Shown here piece by piece: positions 18,661 through 25,450 of a DNA stretch of 64,000 nt. The translations under genes and the position numbers were made by a program. Position 1 is the stretch's first letter. Each line of letters begins with the position of its first letter. The DNA lies in contig NZ_JBFAPY010000006.1 of assembly GCF_040676915.1 (NCBI RefSeq), positions 538,277 through 602,276 of the forward strand, given 5' to 3'. The DNA is from Asanoa sp. NPDC049475. Its GTDB lineage: Bacteria; Actinomycetota; Actinomycetes; Mycobacteriales; Micromonosporaceae. Below the pieces are notes generated by a model, which saw only the letters and a list, made by a program, of their open reading frames with translations, was not told the origin of the DNA and made no database searches.

Positions 18661-19695
18661 TCAGCTCCCCGGGTAGCGGGTCGTCCACCTGCCGTCGGCG
18701 TGGAGTTCGGCGCCGTGCAGGAACTCCAGCGCCAGGTCGTCGGCCACCTCGAGGATCGTGCCCCGGCCCTCCAGACGGAACACCCAGTCCGCCGGCAGGG
18801 CCGCTTCGCCGTGCCACGCGCCGAGCAGGTTGCCGGCGATGGCCGCGGTCGAGTCGCTGTCGCCCGAGTGGTTGGCCGCGACCAGCAGCGCGCGCCGCAC
18901 GTCGGTGGGGTGGGCCAGCGCCGCGTACACGCCGATGGCCAGCGCCTCCTCGGCCACCCAGCCGCCGCCGAGCGTCTCCACCCGCTCGGGCGTCGCGGCC
19001 CGGTCCAGGGCCAGCGCCTGCTCCAGCGCCGCGCTGACCTCCTCGTGCTTCGGCCGTTGCCGCACCAGCCCGAGGGCCCTGTTGGCCGCATCGACCAGGT
19101 CCCGCTCGGCGTGCACCAGCGCGTGCGTGATCGCCGCGAACGCGCCTGCCGCGAGGTAGCCGGACGGGTGCCCGTGGGTCTGGACCGCGCACTCGACAGC
19201 GGTGTCGAACGCCTCCTCAACCGTCCATCGTGGATCGAGGCCGAACGGCGCGGAGCGCATCACCGCGCCGCAGCCCTTGGAGTCCGGGTTCGCCGGGTCG
19301 GTCGGCGTGCCCATCCGGCCGGTCGACAGACCGGAGAGGCAGGCGTTGCCTGGCGCGCGCCGCGCGTAGAGGAAGGCGTGCCCCGCGAGCCAACCGTCAG
19401 GGGCCGCCGCCGGCCCGGGCAGCCGCTGGGTGTCGAGCCACCTCAGATAGGCCCGATGGACGACGCCGGCGCGGTCGGCGCCCCGCACGCTCGCGCGGAT
19501 CAGGCCTTCGGCGGTGAACAGCGTCATCTGGGTGTCGTCGGTGATCAGAGCCGGCTCGCCGAGCAGCTCCACCAGCCCTTCTGACCCGAATCGCTCCTGA
19601 ATTCGGTGTGTTGAGAGGAATTCGACGGGATTGCCCAGTGCATCCCCGATCGCGCCGCCCAACAGGCAACCGCGTACCCGTGCCCGATATGACAT
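18661..19695 (-). CDS. ADP-ribosylglycohydrolase (ARH/DraG family)
   Basis: The N-terminus R-V-R-G-C-L-L-G-G-A-I-G-D-A-L-G and the C-terminal …SGDSDSTAAIAGNLLGAWHGE… are the two metal-binding motifs of the ARH family. Start chosen at MSYRARV (19695) rather than the upstream ATG at 19746. Confidence 0.8.
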   Translation of the reverse strand: MSYRARVRGCLLGGAIGDALGNPVEFLSTHRIQERFGSEGLVELLGEPALITDDTQMTLFTAEGLIRASVRGADRAGVVHRAYLRWLDTQRLPGPAAAPDGWLAGHAFLYARRAPGNACLSGLSTGRMGTPTDPANPDSKGCGAVMRSAPFGLDPRWTVEEAFDTAVECAVQTHGHPSGYLAAGAFAAITHALVHAERDLVDAANRALGLVRQRPKHEEVSAALEQALALDRAATPERVETLGGGWVAEEALAIGVYAALAHPTDVRRALLVAANHSGDSDSTAAIAGNLLGAWHGEAALPADWVFRLEGRGTILEVADDLALEFLHGAELHADGRWTTRYPGS

Positions 19696-19812
19696 CCGAT
19701 CGATCCTAGATCGTGAGGTAGTTGCCGCCTGGCACGGAATTGACACGGCGGTGGTAGCGTCTGCCCGGCTGGCGCCCCGAGAGCGACCGGCTCGTTACCG
19801 GGGAGGGCGTGG

Positions 19813-20664
19813 ATGAGACTGACCGAGGCGGAGAGCGGCCGCATCGCTGCGCTGCTCGACACTCACACCGAGAAGCTGACCGCGAGCTGGACCGACGCGG
19901 TCGCGGCGTCGCTGCGCGGGCGCCTGACGAGGACCGAGCTGCTCAAGCAGGTGCAGGATCTGCACCGGGCGATCCTCGAATCGCTGCGCTCCGGCGACTC
20001 CGACCTGACCGGTGACGGCTCGGGCGCCCTGCGCGCCGCGCTCGTCGACCTGTCCCGCAGCCGCGCCCGGCAAGGGTTCAGCGCTCCTGAGACCGCCGTC
20101 ACCGTGTTCGGGCTCAAGAAGGCGCTCTTCGACGTCGTCGACGTGCGCGCCGCCGAGCCGCAGGTCCTCACCGACCTGATCGCGGCCGGGCTGATGATCG
20201 ACGACCTGGGCCTGTTCACCTTCGAGAGCTACTCCAAGACCCGCGAGGAGCTGATCGCCGACCAGGCCGAGCAGCTCCTGGAGCTGGCCACACCGGTGGT
20301 CAAGCTGTGGGAGGGCGTCGTCGCGATCCCGCTGGTCGGCACCCTCGACTCGGCGCGAGCCCAGGTGGTCATGGAACGCCTGCTGGAGACGCTGGTCGAC
20401 ACGGGCTCGCCGTACGCCATCATCGACATCACCGGCGTGCCGGCCGTCGACACCCAGGTCGCCCAGCACATCCTCAAGACCGTGGTGGCGGCCCGGCTGA
20501 TGGGCGCCGAGTGCATCATCTCCGGCATCCGCCCGCAGATCGCCCAGACGATCGTCGCCCTCGGCATCGAGTTCGGCGACATCGCCACGAAGGCGACGCT
20601 CGCCGACGCGCTCCGGCACGCACTGCGGATGATCGAGTCGGCACGCAAGGGCCGGAGCAACTGA
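19813..20664 (+). CDS. rsbR: RsbR-like stressosome sensor protein (N-terminal non-haem globin-like domain plus C-terminal STAS domain)
   Basis: The C-terminal STAS domain (…VKLWEGVVAIPLVGTLDSARAQVVMERLL…IIDITGVPAVDTQVAQHIL…) is typical of RsbR. It heads an operon with overlapping RsbS and RsbT genes. Confidence 0.8.
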   Translation: MRLTEAESGRIAALLDTHTEKLTASWTDAVAASLRGRLTRTELLKQVQDLHRAILESLRSGDSDLTGDGSGALRAALVDLSRSRARQGFSAPETAVTVFGLKKALFDVVDVRAAEPQVLTDLIAAGLMIDDLGLFTFESYSKTREELIADQAEQLLELATPVVKLWEGVVAIPLVGTLDSARAQVVMERLLETLVDTGSPYAIIDITGVPAVDTQVAQHILKTVVAARLMGAECIISGIRPQIAQTIVALGIEFGDIATKATLADALRHALRMIESARKGRSN

Positions 20665-21092
20665 TGGAACGCGTCCCGGTCCTCAAGATCGGCGACATCC
20701 TGCTCGTCTCCATCCAGGTCGACATGCAGGACCAGACCGCGCTGGCGCTTCAGGAGGACCTCGCCGACCGGATCGTCGCGACCGGTTGCCACGGTGTGAT
20801 CATCGACATCACGGCGCTCGACATCGTCGACTCGTTCGTCGGCCGGATGCTCTCCTCGATCGCCTCGATCTCCCGGGTGCTCGACGCGGAGACGGTGGTG
20901 GTCGGGATGCGCCCGGCCGTGGCCATCACGCTGGTCGAGCTCGGCCTCTCGCTCGACGGCATCCGCACCGCGCTCAACGTCGAGCGGGGCATGGAGCTGC
21001 TGGCCCAGGCCCGGGCGAACCACCACGACCTGGGCCTCGACCTCGACGAACTCGGCGACCTCGACAGCTTCGGCCCGACGGCGACGCCGTGA
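20664..21092 (+). CDS. rsbS: RsbS-like STAS-domain stressosome scaffold protein
   Basis: It overlaps the RsbR stop in a TGATG arrangement. It is a single STAS domain (…PVLKIGDILLVSIQVDMQDQTALALQEDL…VIIDITALDIVDSFV…). Confidence 0.8.
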   Translation: MERVPVLKIGDILLVSIQVDMQDQTALALQEDLADRIVATGCHGVIIDITALDIVDSFVGRMLSSIASISRVLDAETVVVGMRPAVAITLVELGLSLDGIRTALNVERGMELLAQARANHHDLGLDLDELGDLDSFGPTATP

Positions 21093-21508
21093 CCACCGAC
21101 GTCGGGCTCGGCGAGCCACAGGTCGTCACCATCGCCGCCGACGAAGACGTGGTCCGCGTGCGCCAGTTGGTGCGCACCGTCGCGGTCGCGGCGAAGCTGT
21201 CGCTGGTCGACCAGACCAAGCTGGTCACCGCCGCGAGCGAGCTGGCCCGCAACACCCTCGTGTACGGCGGTGGCGGCGGCGCCGAGGTGACCGTGATCGA
21301 CGGAGGCCGGCGCAAGGGCATCCGCATCGTCTTCCGTGACGACGGCCCCGGCATCGCCGACCTCGACCTGGCGCTGACCGACGGATACACCACCGGCGGC
21401 GGGCTCGGCCTCGGGCTCAGCGGCGCCCGTCGGCTCGTCGACGAGTTCGACATCGACACGGCGGCCGGCCAGGGCACCCGGATCACCGTCACGAAATGGG
21501 CGCGGTAG
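21089..21508 (+). CDS. rsbT: RsbT-like serine/threonine kinase (HATPase_c, switch kinase of the stressosome)
   Basis: A GTG start overlaps the RsbS stop. The GHKL ATPase motifs are …LARNTLVYGGGG… and …DDGPGIADLDLAL…GLGLGLSGARRL…. Confidence 0.75.
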   Translation: MTTDVGLGEPQVVTIAADEDVVRVRQLVRTVAVAAKLSLVDQTKLVTAASELARNTLVYGGGGGAEVTVIDGGRRKGIRIVFRDDGPGIADLDLALTDGYTTGGGLGLGLSGARRLVDEFDIDTAAGQGTRITVTKWAR

Positions 21509-22518
21509 CGGTGACCCGCGACAGCGGGCTCGTCGACGGCGGACTCTGGTTCCGGCTCGACGAGTCCAGCGCGGTCAGTGCGGTCCGCCGGGCCGCACAG
21601 GACCTCGGCAACGAGGTGGGGCTTCCCGCCAACCAGGTCGGCGCGCTCGGGATCGTCGCCACGGAGCTGGCCAGCAACCTGGTGAAGCACGCCGACGACG
21701 GCCGGTTGATGCTGCGTGCGGTGCGCACCGGCGACGTCGCGGGCGTCGAGCTCGTGGCGGTCGACTCCGGCCCCGGCATGGGCGACCTCGCGCGGTCGGC
21801 GCGGGACGGGCACTCCACCGCCGGCACGCTCGGCATCGGCCTCGGCGCCATCGCCCGCCAGGCGGGCTGGCTCGACATGAGCTCGGTCGCCGGCCGCGGC
21901 ACGGTCGCCATCGCCCAGGTCTGGCCCGGCCCCGCACCGACGCCCGCCCGAGCGGCCGCGATCAGCCGGGCGATGAGCGGCGAGGAGGTCTGCGGCGACG
22001 GCTACGCGGTGCGCGTCGCGGACGGCCGCACCCAGGTGCTGGTCTGCGACGGGCTCGGGCACGGGCCGTTGGCGGCGGCCGCGACCTCGGCGGTGGTGCA
22101 GGCGTTCCACGTCGCTCCGGCCGGGCCTCCCGCGGCGGTGGTCGAGCATCTGCACCGTGCCGTGCGACACACCAGGGGCGCCGCCGTCGCGGTCGCCCAA
22201 CTCGATGACGACGAGATCAGGTACGCCGGACTCGGCAACATCACCGGAGTCCTCGTCGACGACACCACCCGGCGCGGCCTGGTCTCGCTCCCCGGCATCG
22301 CCGGTCACCAGCGCCGCGCGGTCCGGGAGTTCGGCTATCCCGTCACCCCGGACGCGCTGCTGGTCATGCACTCCGACGGTGTCGTCGACCGGTGGAACCT
22401 CGACGACTACCCCGGGCTGCGCGGGCGTTCGCCGCAGGTGATCGCCGCCACCCTCGTACGCGATGCCGGTGTGCGGCGGGACGACGCGTGCGTGCTGGTG
22501 GCGAGGGCCGGCCGATGA
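21496..22518 (+). CDS. Fusion protein: N-terminal RsbT/RsbW-like HATPase kinase domain plus C-terminal PP2C (SpoIIE) phosphatase
   Basis: The N-terminal part has …ATELASNLVKHA… and …VDSGPGMGDL…GTLGIGLGAIAR…. The C-terminal PP2C motifs are …CGDGYAV… and …VCDGLGHGPLAAAA…. It overlaps RsbT by 13 bp. Confidence 0.75.
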   Translation: MGAVAVTRDSGLVDGGLWFRLDESSAVSAVRRAAQDLGNEVGLPANQVGALGIVATELASNLVKHADDGRLMLRAVRTGDVAGVELVAVDSGPGMGDLARSARDGHSTAGTLGIGLGAIARQAGWLDMSSVAGRGTVAIAQVWPGPAPTPARAAAISRAMSGEEVCGDGYAVRVADGRTQVLVCDGLGHGPLAAAATSAVVQAFHVAPAGPPAAVVEHLHRAVRHTRGAAVAVAQLDDDEIRYAGLGNITGVLVDDTTRRGLVSLPGIAGHQRRAVREFGYPVTPDALLVMHSDGVVDRWNLDDYPGLRGRSPQVIAATLVRDAGVRRDDACVLVARAGR

Positions 22519-23861
22519 CCACCCGCCTGCTGCACGTGGTGCTGCGTACCGAATCCGACGTGTTCGTGGCCCGGCAACGGGCCCGCGAGGTGGCCGAGGC
22601 GGTCGGCCTCGAACACCAGGACCAGGTGCGGCTGGCCACCGCTCTCAGCGAGGTCGGCCGAACCCTGTTCACGGCCAGGGGCGGACCGCCGGCCACCGGC
22701 GCCGAAGTGTGGTTCGCGGTCAACGGTGGGAAACTCGATGTCGAGGTCGTCGCGATCGGCCCGAGCCAGGCGGCGCAGCTGCCGAGCCTCGGTCGCCTGG
22801 TCGACAGCCTGACGATCGACGACGGACCGACGACGACGGTGGTGCGGATGAGCCGGCGGATCCCGGGTGGGGTCGAGCTGACGCCCGACGACCTCGACCG
22901 CGTCCGCGACGCGCTGGCCGCGTCGGCGCCACGCACCCCGCTCGACGAGATGGCCGAGCAGAACGAGCAGCTGCTCGCCGCGCTCGAGGAGACCCGGGCG
23001 CATCGCGACGACCTGGTCCGGCTCAACGCCGAGCTCGAGGAGACCAACCGCGGTGTGATGGCCCTCTACACCCAGCTTTCCGGCGAGCTGGAGGAGACCA
23101 ACCGCGGCGTGGTCGCGCTCTACGCCGAGCTCGACGAGCGATCCGCCCAGCTGCGGGCGGCGAGCGAGGCGAAGACCCGGTTCCTGGCCAACGTGAGCCA
23201 CGAGCTGCGAGCGCCGGTCACGGCGGTGATCGGGCTGGCCCGGCTGCTCGACGACCCCGAGTCGGACCCGCTGACCGGCGACCAGACCCAACAGGTGGCA
23301 CTGATCCGCGGTTCCGCCGACGACCTGCTGCGTCTGGTGAACGACCTGCTGGACCTGGCCAAGGCCGAGTCGGGCACGATCGAGCCGGACTGGTCCGAAG
23401 TGGACCTGCGTGCGCTGTTCAGCCAACTGCGGGGCACCGTGCGGGCCATGGCCACCGGCGCCGTCGAGCTCGTGGTCACCGACCCGGAGCAACCCGCGAC
23501 GATCCGCTCCGACGAGGTGCTGCTCGCCCAGGTGCTGCGCAACCTGCTGCACAACGGGCTCAAGTTCACGACCGCCGGCGAGGTGCGGATGACCGCGACG
23601 CGCAGCGGCGACGAATGGCTGATCCAGGTCTCCGACACCGGCGTCGGCATCCCGGCGGAGCTGCACGAGCGGATCTTCGAGGAGTTCTACCAGGTGCCCG
23701 GCCGCACGCTTGCCGGCGTGAAGGGCACAGGGCTCGGCCTGCCGTACGCCCGCCGCCTGGTCACCCTGCTCGGCGGCACACTGAGCGTGGCCAGCGAGCC
23801 CGGCGCGGGCAGCACGTTCACCGTCCGGCTGCCGGCGGCGGAGCACTATGGAGCATCCTGA
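22515..23861 (+). CDS. Histidine kinase (HisKA plus HATPase_c) with an N-terminal RsbT-like (GHKL-like) domain and a coiled-coil linker containing a tandem 17-aa repeat
   Basis: It overlaps the upstream gene in an ATGA arrangement. The H-box is ANVSHELRAPV and the G-box region is …SDTGVGIP…GTGLGLPYARRL…. The first ~120 aa resemble the N-terminal domain of the preceding kinase-PP2C protein. Confidence 0.8.
   Translation: MTTRLLHVVLRTESDVFVARQRAREVAEAVGLEHQDQVRLATALSEVGRTLFTARGGPPATGAEVWFAVNGGKLDVEVVAIGPSQAAQLPSLGRLVDSLTIDDGPTTTVVRMSRRIPGGVELTPDDLDRVRDALAASAPRTPLDEMAEQNEQLLAALEETRAHRDDLVRLNAELEETNRGVMALYTQLSGELEETNRGVVALYAELDERSAQLRAASEAKTRFLANVSHELRAPVTAVIGLARLLDDPESDPLTGDQTQQVALIRGSADDLLRLVNDLLDLAKAESGTIEPDWSEVDLRALFSQLRGTVRAMATGAVELVVTDPEQPATIRSDEVLLAQVLRNLLHNGLKFTTAGEVRMTATRSGDEWLIQVSDTGVGIPAELHERIFEEFYQVPGRTLAGVKGTGLGLPYARRLVTLLGGTLSVASEPGAGSTFTVRLPAAEHYGAS
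23031..23135 (+). repeat. Near-identical tandem 51-nt repeat inside the histidine kinase gene, encoding ELEETNRGV(M/V)ALY(T/A)(Q/E)L(S/D) twice
   Basis: The unit gagctcgaggagaccaaccgcggtgtgatggccctctacacccagctttcc is followed by gagctggaggagaccaaccgcggcgtggtcgcgctctacgccgagctcgac. Confidence 0.7.
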
Positions 23862-25404
23862 GTCCGCCACGGTGCTGGTCGTCGACGACAGCGACGCCAA
23901 GCGCTACCTGCTGGTCCGCTGGTTGACCCGGGCCGGGCTCACCGTGGTCGAGGCCGACAGCGGCACGGCCGCGCTGGAGCGGGTGGCGCACGGTGACATC
24001 GACCTGGTCGTGCTCGACGTGCGCCTGAGCGACATGAGCGGCTTCGAGGTCGCCGAGCAGATCAAGTCGCATCCGGTGCTCGCGGCGATCCCGGTCATCC
24101 ACGTGTCGGCGCACGCGGTCGACGTCGCCGACCGGGCACAGGGCCTGACCCGGGGAGCCGACGCCTACCTGGCCGAGCCGATCGAGCCCGACGAGCTGGT
24201 GGCGACGGCGCACGCGGTGCTGCGGTACTACCGTGCCCGCCGACAGGCCGAGACGCTGGCCGCGGGGTTGACCCGCCTCGCCGAGACGACGGTCGCGGTC
24301 AACTCGGCGCGTACGCTCACCGAACTGTTGACCGCCGCCTCGCTCGGGGCGGCCGAGATCTTCGGCAGCGGCGCGGTGGTCGCGGCGGACACGGTCACCG
24401 CGGGCAGCTCGGCCGGCGATCGCTTGGTGGCCGCGGTCACCGACCCGACGGGGCCGCCGATCGTCCGCGAATGGCCCGCCGCGACGGCGGTCGTACCGGT
24501 CGGCGCGATGGTCCGCAGCGACCCCCGCGAACAGTGGCCGCAACTCGACTGGCCGGGCGACGAGGTCGCGGTCGGCACCGCCCGCATTCGCGGCGACCGG
24601 CCGCCGCTGCACGTGGCCATCCCGGCCAGCGCGCTGCGCGACCAGGCCGACGTGCTCCGGCTCCTGGTCCAGGCGTTGGCGACGGCGGTCGAGGCGCAGC
24701 GGACGTACGACGAGGAACACCGGATCGCGGTCACCCTCCAACGCAGCCTGTTGCCGCAACGGATTCCCGAGGTGCCGGGCTACGACCTGGCGGTCCGCTA
24801 CATGCCGGCCAGCGCCCAAACCGAGGTCGGTGGCGACTTCTACGAGCTGACGATGATCGACGGGCAGCTCCTGGCGGCGATCGGTGACGTCACGGGCCAC
24901 TCCCTCTACGCCGCGACGGTCATGGCCGAGCTTCGGCACGCGGTCCGGGCGTACGCGGTCGAAGGCCACCCGCCGGCGACGTTGTTGGCGATGACCGACC
25001 AGTTGCTGCGCAAGCTGTTGCCGGGCGAACTGGCCACGATCTGCGTGCTGATGCTCGACCCGGCGACGGGCCAGATCTGCCTGGCGAACGCCGGCCATCT
25101 GCCACCGGTGCTGATCGTCGACGGAGTGGTGACGTTTGTCGAACACCCGGCACCACTGCTCGGCATCGACGCACCTCGGCCGGGCGACCTCGACCTGGTC
25201 CTCCCGCCGGGCGGCACGCTCGTCCTCTACACGGACGGCCTGATCGAACGCCGAACCCACGACATCGACCACGGCCTGGCCGAGCTCGCGGAAGCTGCGA
25301 GGGAGGTCGACCCGGACCTGGAACGCTACGCCGACCACCTGCTGTCCCTGGCCACTCCCCCGGTCGGCGACGACATAGCCGTGGTCGCCCTGCACCGACA
25401 CTGA
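23848..25404 (+). CDS. Response regulator (REC domain) fused to a PP2C/SpoIIE serine phosphatase (RsbU/RsbP-like output)
   Basis: The REC domain is …VLVVDDSDAKRYLL…DLVVLDVRLSDMSG…. The PP2C motifs are …GGDFYEL…, …GDVTGHSLYAA… and …LVLYTDGLIE…. It overlaps the kinase by 14 bp. Confidence 0.8.
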   Translation: MEHPESATVLVVDDSDAKRYLLVRWLTRAGLTVVEADSGTAALERVAHGDIDLVVLDVRLSDMSGFEVAEQIKSHPVLAAIPVIHVSAHAVDVADRAQGLTRGADAYLAEPIEPDELVATAHAVLRYYRARRQAETLAAGLTRLAETTVAVNSARTLTELLTAASLGAAEIFGSGAVVAADTVTAGSSAGDRLVAAVTDPTGPPIVREWPAATAVVPVGAMVRSDPREQWPQLDWPGDEVAVGTARIRGDRPPLHVAIPASALRDQADVLRLLVQALATAVEAQRTYDEEHRIAVTLQRSLLPQRIPEVPGYDLAVRYMPASAQTEVGGDFYELTMIDGQLLAAIGDVTGHSLYAATVMAELRHAVRAYAVEGHPPATLLAMTDQLLRKLLPGELATICVLMLDPATGQICLANAGHLPPVLIVDGVVTFVEHPAPLLGIDAPRPGDLDLVLPPGGTLVLYTDGLIERRTHDIDHGLAELAEAAREVDPDLERYADHLLSLATPPVGDDIAVVALHRH

Positions 25405-25405
25405 G

Positions 25406-25441
25406 GCAAGGGCCCCTCGGCGCAGCGCGAGGGACCCTTGC
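25406..25441. terminator. Bidirectional hairpin between convergent genes
   Basis: GCAAGGGCCCCTCG-gcgcagcg-CGAGGGACCCTTGC forms a 14-bp stem with one mismatch. It lies between the stop at 25404 (+) and the stop at 25451 (-). Confidence 0.5.
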
Positions 25442-25450
25442 TCACCAGCG

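Noticed and set aside
22392-22514. Upstream extension of the histidine kinase ORF (start 22392).
   Set aside because: It lies inside the kinase-PP2C gene in another frame. ATG 22515 forms the ATGA stop/start overlap.
19795-25401. Antisense ORFs across the rsb operon (19795-20619, 20229-21119, 20974-22371, 22407-23900, 23818-25401) and alternative-frame sense ORFs (20307-21092 N-terminal part, 20786-21508 N-terminal part, 22463-23926).
   Set aside because: All are low-complexity Arg/Ala/Gly translations. The six Rsb/HK/RR genes have strong domain signatures and coupled start/stop overlaps.
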